Origin: an uncultured delta proteobacterium
GTDB lineage: Bacteria; Desulfobacterota; Desulfobacteria; Desulfobacterales; Desulfosalsimonadaceae
Assembly (NCBI GenBank): GCA_963826785.1
Contig: CAWGYD010000005.1
Coordinates: 320,001-384,000, forward strand
DNA length: 64,000 nucleotides
Direction: 5' to 3'
Part shown: in pieces, positions 20,983 to 30,896 of the stretch
How positions within the stretch are numbered: position 1 is the first letter of the stretch
Layout: each line of letters begins with the position of its first letter
Translations under genes and position numbers: made by a program
Notes under the pieces: model-generated
What the model saw: the letters and a program-made list of their open reading frames with translations, nothing else
Told to the model about the DNA's origin: nothing
Databases searched by the model: none

Positions 20983-22341
20983 GTGGCGGAAAACATCAAT
21001 CCAGAAGATCTAAGTTCATCCGCAAAAAACGGCAAGGCCTTGGTCGAGTCCTGCGATATTTCATTTGCCGAGAAGGCCCGGGTCCATTCCTACAATTACC
21101 TGCGATGCGCGCTCTATCTGAGCGGCTGCAAGTCTCCAGAGCATGTGTTCACCCAGAGCCTCTACTCGAAGCTGATCACCAGTTCTCATCTGCTGGAGGA
21201 TTTTCTCGATTTCCATGGCGCCAAAAACAATTCCAAATGGTACTTCTACCGTGAACTGGCGGCGGCCGTCCGGCACATGAGCCTGGGGGCCTATGCACAG
21301 AAGCATGTGGTCAACCGCCTGGTCTTCTATGACATCGAATCCAAGGAGGATTTCCGCAAGCACGGCAACATCGCACTCGAATTCATGACCGGTTCACTGA
21401 TCAAGATGGCGCCCGTGATCCTGGACGAGGCCCGCAGCCTCAATATCCCGCTGCCCAAAAAGCCGTTTCTGGCGGAGCATTTCCCCGGTATTACCACCGG
21501 CGACATGCTGGAAACCGATTTCGAGGACGAAGTCAAGGACCGGATGCGCAATCACATTGTCCGGGTGGCAAACGAGTTTCTATCCATTGCCGGGGACTTC
21601 GACACCTATGAATTTTTTGAGGTCTACGACCAGGACGGTCTGAAAGCACTGGTGCCCAGCCGGGTGAACGAGGTGGAGATCCGGCGGTTTGAAATGCTGG
21701 TGCACAATATCCAGTCCTCCTTTGACACCTATGTGGTCCATGGGGGCCAGTTTTACGGCAACAACGTCCTGAAGCGGTTCCGCTCCTATGTATCGGTGAT
21801 CTACCATCTGCTGCAGGTCATGGGCCGGCTCCTGCATTTTTACGAACGCCACCTGATCGAGATCGGCTATAAACATTCCTACAAGAAAGCCCGGGAGCGC
21901 CTGATGGAACTGGTGGATCCGGACGCCCTGCTGGACTGTACCATCAATTTCGGGCTCTACTACGTCAACCATTTCTTTTCGGCCGGCAAGGAAGTGGCCC
22001 GGGAAATCCTCAAAGAGAATGTGGAGCGCTCGTCCATTACCGTGGGCATCCCCAGGGACCTTGGTTTTCATTGCCGCCCCAGCCTCATGGTGGCCAAAAT
22101 CGTCCAGAATTACGGTGGGGAGGTCGAAATGGTGGTCAACGGGGACCGCTATGATGCCAGCAGCGTTCTGGATATCCAGTGGGCCGGCGGGAAGATCCAG
22201 CGGGAAAATATTCAACAGGTTACCTTCGAAGGTGATATCCGCGCGTTAAACGATATCCAGACCCTGGCCGGCGTCAATTACGGGGAAGACCGCATGGGAA
22301 AGGGTATTCCGCTCCCCAAAAGCCTCCAGTACCTGAGATAG
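20983..22341 (+). CDS. Large protein with C-terminal HPr phosphocarrier domain
   Basis: C-terminal GFHCRPSLMVAK...DASSVLDI...VTFEGD matches the HPr pattern. The N-terminal ~345 aa are unrecognised. Confidence 0.75.
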   Translation: MAENINPEDLSSSAKNGKALVESCDISFAEKARVHSYNYLRCALYLSGCKSPEHVFTQSLYSKLITSSHLLEDFLDFHGAKNNSKWYFYRELAAAVRHMSLGAYAQKHVVNRLVFYDIESKEDFRKHGNIALEFMTGSLIKMAPVILDEARSLNIPLPKKPFLAEHFPGITTGDMLETDFEDEVKDRMRNHIVRVANEFLSIAGDFDTYEFFEVYDQDGLKALVPSRVNEVEIRRFEMLVHNIQSSFDTYVVHGGQFYGNNVLKRFRSYVSVIYHLLQVMGRLLHFYERHLIEIGYKHSYKKARERLMELVDPDALLDCTINFGLYYVNHFFSAGKEVAREILKENVERSSITVGIPRDLGFHCRPSLMVAKIVQNYGGEVEMVVNGDRYDASSVLDIQWAGGKIQRENIQQVTFEGDIRALNDIQTLAGVNYGEDRMGKGIPLPKSLQYLR

Positions 22342-22353
22342 AAGTTTTTGGCG

Positions 22354-23058
22354 ATGACGTCGGTTTCAGCAGTGATCGTTGCCGGTGGACAGGGTTTGCG
22401 GATGGGGTCCGGCACCCGGAAACAATACCTCTTCATCGGCGGTCGTCCCATTCTCAGTTGCACGCTCCTTGCCATCGACGCCTGTCCGATGATCCAGTCG
22501 ATTTACCTCGCCGTTCCGGAAGACGACATTGCTTTCTGCCAGGACCGGATTGTTGCCCCGCTGCCACTGAAATCGACCGTCCAGCTGGTGGCCGGCGGAA
22601 AAGAGCGGCAGAACTCCGTCTGTAATGCCCTTGAAGCGATAGACGGCAAGGCCCAGGTAGTGGTCATCCATGACGGGGTACGGCCGTTTATCCGCCAGGA
22701 TCGGATCGCGGCATGCATCGAGGCGGCCATATCCGCCGGCGCCGCCAGCCTGGGGATCCCGGCATCAGATACTTTAAAATCAGTTGACCGGGACGGAAAC
22801 ATCATTGAGACCATTCCCAGAGAATCTGTCTGGCTGACCCAGACGCCCCAGGCGTTTTCGTATGAACTGATCCGATCGGCCCATGACGCGGCCCGCGCCT
22901 GCGGATTTGCCGGCACGGATGATGCCTCGCTGGTGCAGCGGCAGGGGCACAACGTCAGAATGGTTCGCGGTGCGGCCACCAATATCAAAATCACCACCCC
23001 CGAAGACATCATCCTGGCTGATGCGATTTTAAACATATGGGATAAAAAACAGATATAA
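22354..23058 (+). CDS. ispD: 2-C-methyl-D-erythritol 4-phosphate cytidylyltransferase
   Basis: AGGQGLRMG...KQY, GGKERQNSV, HDGVRP, QTPQAF and NIKITTPED. Confidence 0.95.
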   Translation: MTSVSAVIVAGGQGLRMGSGTRKQYLFIGGRPILSCTLLAIDACPMIQSIYLAVPEDDIAFCQDRIVAPLPLKSTVQLVAGGKERQNSVCNALEAIDGKAQVVVIHDGVRPFIRQDRIAACIEAAISAGAASLGIPASDTLKSVDRDGNIIETIPRESVWLTQTPQAFSYELIRSAHDAARACGFAGTDDASLVQRQGHNVRMVRGAATNIKITTPEDIILADAILNIWDKKQI

Positions 23059-23155
23059 ATCATTTTTCCTTTATCTTGCTCATGCGCCTGGTCGGGTTTT
23101 ATTTGAGCACGGGCATGCCGTTGTATTCATTTTCAAATAGTGAGGGAGGTCATAA

Positions 23156-23710
23156 ATGGATGAGCTGATGACGATTATCAAGGAACGTCGCAGTATCCGC
23201 AATTACGAAGAGAAGGATGTGCCGGATGAGGCGCTGCAAGCCATTCTGGAAGCGGTCCAGTGGGCACCGTCCTGGGCCAACACCCAGTGCTGGGAGATCG
23301 TGGTGATCCGAGACCCTGCGGTCAAGGAAAAGGTGCAGGCGGCGGTCCCGGCATCCAATCCGGGCTTCAAATCAATTGTCAGAGCCCCGCTGCTGCTGGC
23401 GGTCTGCGCCCGGAAGGGGACATCCGGATTCTATAAGGATGTGGTGACCACCAAATTCGGCGACTGGTTCATGTTCGATGCCGGTCTGGCCACCCAGAAC
23501 ATCTGTCTGGCCGCGCATGGGCTGGGACTCGGAACCGTCGTGATCGGCCTCTACGACCATGACAAGGCGAGGGCCGCGCTGAATCTGCCCGAATCCGTGG
23601 AACTGGTCGCCCTGATGCCTATCGGGTATCCCTCAAAGGTTCCGTCCGCTCCCAAACGGAAAGAAATCAGCGAATTTGTCCATATCGATTCTTATGGGAA
23701 CAAGCCGTAA
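23156..23710 (+). CDS. Nitroreductase family protein
   Basis: RRSIRNY, APSWANTQCW, LAAHGLGLGT and IGYP. Confidence 0.9.
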   Translation: MDELMTIIKERRSIRNYEEKDVPDEALQAILEAVQWAPSWANTQCWEIVVIRDPAVKEKVQAAVPASNPGFKSIVRAPLLLAVCARKGTSGFYKDVVTTKFGDWFMFDAGLATQNICLAAHGLGLGTVVIGLYDHDKARAALNLPESVELVALMPIGYPSKVPSAPKRKEISEFVHIDSYGNKP

Positions 23711-23721
23711 GCCACGGCATC

Positions 23722-24424
23722 ATGACGGCTTCCTTTATCAGCATTTTTTCATTATCCTTTTTGGTGGCCCTGACCGGCGCCATGTCTCCCGGCCCCCTGC
23801 TGACCTATACCATCGCCCGGTCGGCCGAAGACGGCGGCCGGGGATACCTGATGGGCTTCTGGATCATCGCGGGACATGCGCTGGTGGAGATGGTCATTGT
23901 GCTGCTCCTGATTTCCGGGTTTTCATTCATATTCGAGAATTTGTACTTCATGCGCGCCGTGGGAGTGGTTGGCGGTGCGATTTTGATGGTTTTCGGCGGG
24001 GTGATTTTAAAGAACGTGAAAAGCGGCACCATTTCGGCGGACTTTTTGAGCGGGGCTGGAAGACCTCGTGCGTGAAGGGATGTCTGCACCGGGGCGCAAG
24101 GTATTGAAAAACCCCGTCATCGGCGGGATGCTCGTCTCCATGGCCAATCCGTACTGGTGGATCTGGTGGGCCACCATCGGACTGGCGTTCATGCTCCAGT
24201 TTAAGATCTCATCTTCAAATATATCGGGCCTGATCGCCTTTTTTGCGGGCCACGAGGCAGGCGACCTCGCCTGGTACCTTCTCGTATCCGTAATGGCGTT
24301 TTTCGGCCTGCGTTATCTCAGCCGCCGTGTCTATGCTTCCATACTGGTGGCGTGCGGCATTTTCATGATCGGTTTCGGGGCGTACCTGGGCGGGTCATGG
24401 ATATTCAGACCGGCATTGACCTGA
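23722..24424 (+). CDS. LysE-family translocator, apparent +1 frameshift at about 24055
   Basis: GAMSPGPL in fragment 1. NPYWWIWWATIG and GHEAGD in fragment 2. Removing one G joins the frames. Confidence 0.85.
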
Positions 24425-24436
24425 AGGACGACTCGC

Positions 24437-26305
24437 ATGGGTACAGAAGACCAGGAGACGAAGGCGTCCGGGGCCGAACTCCCCCGCCTGAAAGCCCGGG
24501 TGAAGGATCTGGAAGCCATGAAGGCAAAAGAGGCGCAAGCCCGGCAGGCGTTGTTCGAAAGCGAACAGCGGTACCGGAGCGTTTTTGAAAACACCGGCAC
24601 CGCCACCATCATCATTGAACATGACATGACCATTTCCATGGGCAACGCCAAGTTCGTCGAACTCACCGGCTATTCCAAGCCGGAAATCGAGGGGAAAATG
24701 AAATGGACGGCCTTCGTTGTCCCGGACGACCGGGACCGGATGGCCGAGTATCATCGCAAGCGGCGGATTGACCGGCTTTCTGCTCCCACCGAATACGAAT
24801 GCCGGGTGTTTGATCGCAAGGGTGAGATCAAGCACATGTTTGTGCGCATCGACATGATTCCGGACACCCTGCAGAGCGTGGCTTCCTTCATGGACATCAC
24901 CGCTTTCAAACAGACCGAATCGGCCCTGATCGAGAGTGAGCGCAAACTTTCCAAACTCATGGGCAATCTTCCGGGGATGGCCTATCGATGCCGGCATGAT
25001 GATTTCCGCACCATGAATTACGTCAGCGCGGGCTGCAAATGGCTGACCGGATATGCCCCCTATGATCTCATCGACAATGCCTCCAGGGCATATACGGATC
25101 TGATTCATCCGGAAGATATCGACCGGGTCCGGCAGCGGATCGGGGCCGCGCTTTCCGCAAACCGGCCTTTTCAGATGGAATACCGAATTGTATCGGCATC
25201 CGGTGAAATCAAATGGGTCTGGGAAGAAGGGCTGGGTATTTTTGCCGATGGCGGCGAGGCCATTGAATTTGAAGGATTTATTTCCGATATCACCGGGCAT
25301 AAACTGGAAGAGCAGCAGCTCCGCCGGGAAAACATCACGCTCAAGAGCAATATCAAGGAGCGGTATAAGTTCGGCGCCATCATCGGGAAAAACCGGGCCA
25401 TGCAGGAAGTGTACGAGCGGATTTCAAAAGCCGCCGCCGGCCGGGCCAATGTGATCATCTACGGGGAATCCGGAACCGGCAAGGAACTGGTGGCCCGGGA
25501 AATCCACCGGATCAGCGATACGGGCGACCTCCCGTTTATTCCGGTCAACTGCAGCGCCATCCCGGAAAATTTGTTCGAAAGTGAATTTTTTGGTCACCGC
25601 AAAGGGGCTTTTACCGGGGCGGTCAATGACAAGTCGGGATATTTCGACCGCGCGGACGGCGGCACCCTGTTTCTCGATGAACTGGGTGAAATCGGCATCA
25701 GCGTCCAGGCGAAGCTGCTCCGGGTGCTGGAGGGCGGAGGCTATACCCCGGTGGGGGGAAACGAGGTCAAAAACGTGTCGGTGCGGATTCTGGCGGCCAC
25801 CAGCCGGGATTTGAAAGCAGAAGTGAAGAAGGGACGGATGCGGGAGGATTTTTTTTACCGGATTCACATCATCCCCATCACCATGCCGCCTTTGCGGGAA
25901 CGAAAAGATGACCTTCCCCTGCTGATCGAACATTTTCTGACGCTCTATTCCAAATCAGACCACGTCCCGGATGTGGACGGCAAACTGCTGGGCCGGTTAT
26001 ACAATTATGACTGGCCCGGCAATGTCCGGGAACTCCAGAACGTGCTTCAGCGCTATATCACCCTCAATACGCTTGATTTTTTAAGCACCGACATATCGGG
26101 CTCGGTTCAGTCGCAGCAGGATTTTGCACCTGAACCCGAAGGGCTTCTTGAGGGGCCTCTGGATGCCGCCATGGACCAATGTGAAAAAAGGATCATCCGG
26201 CATGCACTGGAAAAAAGCCAGTGGAAGAAAAACGATACCGCAGACCATCTGAAGATCAACCGCAAGACGCTGTTTCGCAAAATGAAAAAACACGGACTGG
26301 ATTAA
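24437..26305 (+). CDS. sigma-54-dependent activator (PAS-PAS-AAA+-HTH)
   Basis: Two PAS/PAC domains, GESGTGKE, intact [19 protein letters not shown] and a Fis-type HTH. Confidence 0.93.
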   Translation: MGTEDQETKASGAELPRLKARVKDLEAMKAKEAQARQALFESEQRYRSVFENTGTATIIIEHDMTISMGNAKFVELTGYSKPEIEGKMKWTAFVVPDDRDRMAEYHRKRRIDRLSAPTEYECRVFDRKGEIKHMFVRIDMIPDTLQSVASFMDITAFKQTESALIESERKLSKLMGNLPGMAYRCRHDDFRTMNYVSAGCKWLTGYAPYDLIDNASRAYTDLIHPEDIDRVRQRIGAALSANRPFQMEYRIVSASGEIKWVWEEGLGIFADGGEAIEFEGFISDITGHKLEEQQLRRENITLKSNIKERYKFGAIIGKNRAMQEVYERISKAAAGRANVIIYGESGTGKELVAREIHRISDTGDLPFIPVNCSAIPENLFESEFFGHRKGAFTGAVNDKSGYFDRADGGTLFLDELGEIGISVQAKLLRVLEGGGYTPVGGNEVKNVSVRILAATSRDLKAEVKKGRMREDFFYRIHIIPITMPPLRERKDDLPLLIEHFLTLYSKSDHVPDVDGKLLGRLYNYDWPGNVRELQNVLQRYITLNTLDFLSTDISGSVQSQQDFAPEPEGLLEGPLDAAMDQCEKRIIRHALEKSQWKKNDTADHLKINRKTLFRKMKKHGLD

Positions 26306-26311
26306 CCCCTT

Positions 26312-26402
26312 TTTGGGGCGTTATCGCCCCAAAGGATATTTACAACATTGATTCAATGGCTTAAGTAATATTTGTCTATTTAAAGGGGCTAAAATGCCCC
26401 TT
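26312..26402. promoter_or_regulatory. Tandem palindromes, candidate upstream activator sites
   Basis: GGGGC-N6-GCCCC at 26315-26330 and 26385-26400 (70 bp apart), with IHF-like ATTCAATGGCTTA at 26351-26363 between them. Confidence 0.6.
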
Positions 26403-26423
26403 GCCATGGCTCCTGCACCATTG

Positions 26424-26468
26424 CGCCGGCGGTCAGCTCTATGAGATGACCGCCGGCGTTTATTTTAT
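26424..26468 (+). terminator. Intrinsic terminator of the activator gene
   Basis: cgccggcggtca / tgaccgccggcg 12-bp stem followed by tttattttat. Confidence 0.6.
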
Positions 26469-26571
26469 AATCCGTCGGCACTTCCACCACCGGTTTACAG
26501 GCATCCACCAAATCGTCGCGCACCTTTTCGGCTGGTCAAGATCTTGAATCATGATTACTCTTTTCAATTGT

Positions 26572-26587
26572 TGGAATGAGAATTGCA
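26572..26587 (+). promoter_or_regulatory. sigma-54 (-24/-12) promoter
   Basis: TGGAAT-GAGAA-TTGCA with exact GG-N10-GC spacing. Confidence 0.7.
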
Positions 26588-26678
26588 TATTTATGCCATT
26601 GAAGAGGGTAACATGTCACCCTGGACCTCGATTCGTCATTCAGGATGACTCAATGTAAAATTAAAGGAGTACTTTGAC

Positions 26679-26888
26679 ATGATACATAAATTTTCAATAT
26701 TTCCGTTCAGAAGATCGGCAAAACGAACGTCGGTGCTTCCCATGGATTTCGGAACCATGTACTTTTTATATCCTTCTGAGAGTTCATATTTTTATGGCAT
26801 CGAATCCATGGGCATCGCCGGCCGGGTCGTCCGCGCCCTCAAAAGCCTGACTTGCAAAAAAAGTGGATGCGGATGTGAATTATTATAA
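26679..26888 (+). CDS. Small hypothetical protein, 69 aa
   Basis: AAGGAG 9 nt before the ATG. Lies between a sigma-54 promoter and a strong terminator. C-terminal CKKSGCGC. Confidence 0.55.
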   Translation: MIHKFSIFPFRRSAKRTSVLPMDFGTMYFLYPSESSYFYGIESMGIAGRVVRALKSLTCKKSGCGCELL

Positions 26889-26963
26889 AAACGATCCGAC
26901 CTTCTTTTAAAATCGATGCGCTAAATTAAGGTCTTATATTCCCCCCTCCTGTTTTTAAACAGG

Positions 26964-27014
26964 TGCACAAAAAAAAGCCGGAAGCCTTGCGGGGTTCCGG
27001 CTTTTTTTTGTGCA
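26964..27014. terminator. Bidirectional intrinsic terminator
   Basis: tgcac-A8-gccggaa...ttccggc-T8-gtgca, perfect 20-bp arms between convergent genes. Confidence 0.85.
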
Positions 27015-27064
27015 ATTGATCTTTGTCATCTGATTTTGGACAAGCTGGTCATCGAAAAACCGGT

Positions 27065-27718
27065 CTAAGGGTTTGCTGTCTTGCCGGGACTGATGGCATT
27101 TGCCGTTTCGGCGATGACCGCTTTTGATATTCGGGAAACGCCGGTGCTCATGGACTGGGCCAATCCCAGGGGGTTATTCTGGTCAAGGGGAACCCGGGCG
27201 TTAAAAGTCTTTTGAAAGCATATTTTCTTGCCGGGATCGGATTCGTTTTCACGGGTCAGGGTCAGGGTGACGGAGGCAATGGCATTCCATTTTCCGTCCT
27301 GGTCCTGCTCATAAAATTTTCCGACAAACCCCTGGAGGCGGTGGGTGGGTGCATGGGACCCGGAGAGATTTACGGCGGAAAAGAGGTTGGATGCACGCAG
27401 ATCTCTGGCCAAATCTGCCGTCACCATCTCTGCAGGCGGTATAATCCACATGAAATAGGTGTAGAAGTTTTCGGTGTAAGAACCCGAACTGTAGATGATC
27501 CGGTTGGAGTTATAGGGGGGGAGCGCGGTGAGCGGATCGATGGCCAGTATATAGGGCAGAGGGCTTTCCCGAACCGGCGGCGGCGGCGGATAATCCAGGG
27601 TATAATATTTGATGGGGAGCTTCTGGGTGGATTTGCCGATACAGCCGGAAAGAGAAACGAACAGGCCGGCGGCTGCCAGGATCATCAGGAACATAAAGAG
27701 CCGGGTTTTGGTATTCAT
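27065..27718 (-). CDS. ABC-type transport auxiliary lipoprotein (PqiC-like)
   Basis: Lipobox LSGC, YYTL, W..PPAEMV. Last gene of an MCE operon. Confidence 0.8.
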   Translation of the reverse strand: MNTKTRLFMFLMILAAAGLFVSLSGCIGKSTQKLPIKYYTLDYPPPPPVRESPLPYILAIDPLTALPPYNSNRIIYSSGSYTENFYTYFMWIIPPAEMVTADLARDLRASNLFSAVNLSGSHAPTHRLQGFVGKFYEQDQDGKWNAIASVTLTLTRENESDPGKKICFQKTFNARVPLDQNNPLGLAQSMSTGVSRISKAVIAETANAISPGKTANP

Positions 27719-27722
27719 GGGA

Positions 27723-28712
27723 TCACTCCTGAAACGGCTGAATCGGTTTTTCCGGAGGCGGTTTGGAAAACAGCAGAGACGACGGCTGATTCCGGAGTTC
27801 CTGTATCAGACCGCTCAGGTTTTCGGCAGCGGAACTGATCTGGTTCATGGTCGAACGGATTTTCTGATCAAACTGATCCAGTTGGGTGTTGGATGTCACC
27901 ACCGTGGATTGGATTTCCCGAAGCAGCGCGGAAGCCTGTTTCGCCGCAGTCTGAAATTCATCCAGGGACCGTGTCAGATTCTCGGACTGCCGGACCACGG
28001 ACTGATCGATCCGGCTGACCGTCTGTCTGGAGGCAGACAGCAGTTGATTGGCATTCGCTCCGGTTTCCTGAATCATTTTATTGAGTTTATTCCATTTTTC
28101 AGGATCAAGGATCGCGTTGGCATTTTCAAGGGTATTGATGACCTGATCGGAAATCTGCCGGACCCTGGCTTCTTTCAGGGTCTGGTTGGTCAGGTTGAGC
28201 GTTTCTGAGATGCTTTCGGATATGCCTTTGAAATCGATCTGCTTTAAATTATTGATGATATCGGAGACGTCCGAGAGCATCTGCTGGATATTCGAGGGGC
28301 GGGTGGGAATCACCGGATATTTGGGTTCGAAGCTCAGTTTGGGCGGGATGGGCACGCCCCCCTGCCGCTGGCGTTCGAGTTCCACGTACATGATGCCGGT
28401 AATCCCGACGGCCTTGAGCCTGGCGACCATGTAGTCGATTTCCTTTAGCGGTTCATCCAGGTTGATGACAATCCGGACCAGGTTTCCATCCGGCGCGACT
28501 CCGATGCTTTGCACCCGGCCCACCGCAACACCGCGGTACTTTACGGGTGAATCCTCTTTGAGCCCCTGGACGGATTCATCGAAAAAGGCGACGTATTTTC
28601 GTCCCTCCTTCAAATACTGGAACATGCCCAACCAGAAAACAAACAGGACGACAACCGACATCCCGATCAGGACAAAAAGACCAACGGCAAATTTGGTTCG
28701 AATCGACGGCAT
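27723..28712 (-). CDS. MlaD/MCE-domain protein with long helical tail
   Basis: N-terminal TM (VGLFV), SVQGL...SPVKYRGVAVGRV and GITG. Confidence 0.9.
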   Translation of the reverse strand: MPSIRTKFAVGLFVLIGMSVVVLFVFWLGMFQYLKEGRKYVAFFDESVQGLKEDSPVKYRGVAVGRVQSIGVAPDGNLVRIVINLDEPLKEIDYMVARLKAVGITGIMYVELERQRQGGVPIPPKLSFEPKYPVIPTRPSNIQQMLSDVSDIINNLKQIDFKGISESISETLNLTNQTLKEARVRQISDQVINTLENANAILDPEKWNKLNKMIQETGANANQLLSASRQTVSRIDQSVVRQSENLTRSLDEFQTAAKQASALLREIQSTVVTSNTQLDQFDQKIRSTMNQISSAAENLSGLIQELRNQPSSLLFSKPPPEKPIQPFQE

Positions 28713-28793
28713 TGCTGCCTATTCTTTTTCTAAAGGTTTAAAAATATAATCTACCAATCTTATTCAATTTTAAGACAAATGCAATTTTCTTTT

Positions 28794-29552
28794 TTAAATA
28801 CCCGCCCTGCGCTGAAAAAATTTTCGCACCAGTGGATTGTCGCTCCCGGTTTTCAGCTCCCCGGGGCTCCCCCTGGCGATGATTTTCCGGGTGCCCTTAT
28901 CCAGCATGATCACCTGGGATGCTACAGTGAAAATACTGTCCAGTTCATGGGTGACGATGATCATGGTGGTCCCCAGCTGACGATTGATTTCTAAAATAAG
29001 TTCGTCGATTTCCGCTGCGGTGATGGGGTCGAGCCCGGCCGAAGGCTCATCCAGGAAAAGGATCTGGGGGTTTAATGCAAGTGCACGGGCCAGGCCGGCC
29101 CGTTTTTTCATGCCGCCGCTGATTTCAGCAGGGGTGTGATCCTCATAGCATTCCAATCCCACCAGGGAGAGCTTCATCCGGACCATGCTGGCAATGGCGC
29201 TTTTGGAAAGGGAGGTGAACTCGGCAATGGGAAGGGCGATATTTTCGCCAATGGTCATGGAGCCGATCAATGCGCTGCCCTGGAATAGAACCCCGATGTT
29301 TCGCAGCGCCTGGTGAAACTGCTTTTCCGAACAGGTGGCGATATCCACTCCGTCGATGTGAACATGTCCGGAAAGCGGATTCTCAAGTCCGACCATCTGG
29401 CGCAGCAATGTACTTTTTCCGGAACCGCTGCCGCCCAGGATACCGAAAATCTCTCCTTTCTCCACGGAGAATGAAATGTGGTCCAGGATCAGGAAATTCC
29501 CGTATTGAACCACCAGATCTTCGACTTGGATGATTTCGGATGAACGGTTCAT
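28794..29552 (-). CDS. MlaF-like ABC ATPase
   Basis: GGSGSGKS, ISGGMKKRAGLARAL and DEPSAGLDP. Confidence 0.92.
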   Translation of the reverse strand: MNRSSEIIQVEDLVVQYGNFLILDHISFSVEKGEIFGILGGSGSGKSTLLRQMVGLENPLSGHVHIDGVDIATCSEKQFHQALRNIGVLFQGSALIGSMTIGENIALPIAEFTSLSKSAIASMVRMKLSLVGLECYEDHTPAEISGGMKKRAGLARALALNPQILFLDEPSAGLDPITAAEIDELILEINRQLGTTMIIVTHELDSIFTVASQVIMLDKGTRKIIARGSPGELKTGSDNPLVRKFFQRRAGI

Positions 29553-29553
29553 T

Positions 29554-30693
29554 TCATCTCCACTGACTCCGGATCACGGCAAAAACAGAGTCAAACAGGA
29601 TGATCAAAAAGATGCTGGTGACCACGGCGGATGTGGCGGCGTTTCCCACTGCCGAAGCCCCGCCCTTGGCTTGAAATCCTCTCAGGCAGCCCACTGCGGC
29701 GATCAGAGAAGCAAACACAAATGACTTGAACAACCCCCACAGCAGTTCGAAAAGGGTGAGGGTGGCGATGGTCTGGCTGATGTAGGTCCCGGCGGTGAGA
29801 TCGAGCATGGTGATGCCGATCATCAGCCCCCCGCTGATGGCAAATACATTGGAAAACATGGCCAGCAGCGGAATGACCAGAACGGCGGCGATCAGCCGGG
29901 GGATCGCCAGGAATAATACAGGGTCAAATCCCATGGTGATCAACGCGTCGATTTCCTCGGAAATCTTCATGGAACTGATTTCCGCCGCATACGCGGAACC
30001 CGATCGTCCCGCCACGATGATGGCGGTCATGATGGGCCCGAGTTCGGATACCATGGCCATGGCCACCAGGGATGCCACATAAATATTGGCGCCAAACGGC
30101 TTGAGCTGGAGCGATGACATGAAGGCCATGATCAGCCCCAGCAGAAAACTGATCAGTGCCACCACCGGCAGGGCATCCACTCCGGTGGTTTTCATGTGCC
30201 AGACGATATCTTCCCCCCGAAGGGATTTGGGTTTCTGAAAGATCCGGGCGGCCGCCAGCACGATGGACCCAATAAAGTCGACAAAAAATTTGAGGCCGGC
30301 AAATATGCGGATGGTGGCTTCCCCGAGTTCGACGATCAGGTTCTGGCGGGTCCGGCCGGATGAAAGGGGGCAGTGCTGGTCGACATCAAAGTGGACCATC
30401 TCGGCGATTTTTTTGAAATTGTCGGGTGCATTTTGGATGACAAACCGGTCCATTTTCATATCCAGCATGTGCTTGACCTCATAGAGGACCAGCGCGCCGT
30501 AATCATCCATGTGCGTAACCGATGTCAGATCAAACCGTATCGTTTCTCCCGGGTAATCCTTGAGCCGCAGCGAAAGTGCCTTTAGCGCGTCTGCTGCCGT
30601 CTGGATGGTGAATTCGCCGGAAAGCGAAATGGTCCACCCGGTATTGGCATCTTCGGAAACGTCGAAGTCGAATGTGTCGAAATGGGCGACCAT
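29554..30693 (-). CDS. MlaE-family permease with N-terminal STAS-like domain
   Basis: ELGPIMTAIIVAGRSGSA, EEIDAL and VGNAATSAVV. N-terminal FDLTSVTHMDDYGA is STAS-like. Confidence 0.9.
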   Translation of the reverse strand: MVAHFDTFDFDVSEDANTGWTISLSGEFTIQTAADALKALSLRLKDYPGETIRFDLTSVTHMDDYGALVLYEVKHMLDMKMDRFVIQNAPDNFKKIAEMVHFDVDQHCPLSSGRTRQNLIVELGEATIRIFAGLKFFVDFIGSIVLAAARIFQKPKSLRGEDIVWHMKTTGVDALPVVALISFLLGLIMAFMSSLQLKPFGANIYVASLVAMAMVSELGPIMTAIIVAGRSGSAYAAEISSMKISEEIDALITMGFDPVLFLAIPRLIAAVLVIPLLAMFSNVFAISGGLMIGITMLDLTAGTYISQTIATLTLFELLWGLFKSFVFASLIAAVGCLRGFQAKGGASAVGNAATSAVVTSIFLIILFDSVFAVIRSQWR

Positions 30694-30896
30694 GGATCAG
30701 GTGAAATCCGTTAGGGGAAAATGCGGCCGGTTATCGGAATCGCAGCCCATCTTCGCATTGACAATTTTTCCTGCTTTGGCTTTTTCTCTTGTTGATTGAT
30801 GTATCATATTAAAATATGAAACCAATATCAACCTGTTCTGTTGACTGGTGATGTATATCCGATTAAGTGTAAGCCCATTTCGAGAAAGGACCAACG

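Noticed and set aside
26599..26960. CsrB/RsmZ-like sRNA
   Set aside because: Only about 7 GGA motifs in ~300 nt, close to chance, and most are not in hairpin loops.
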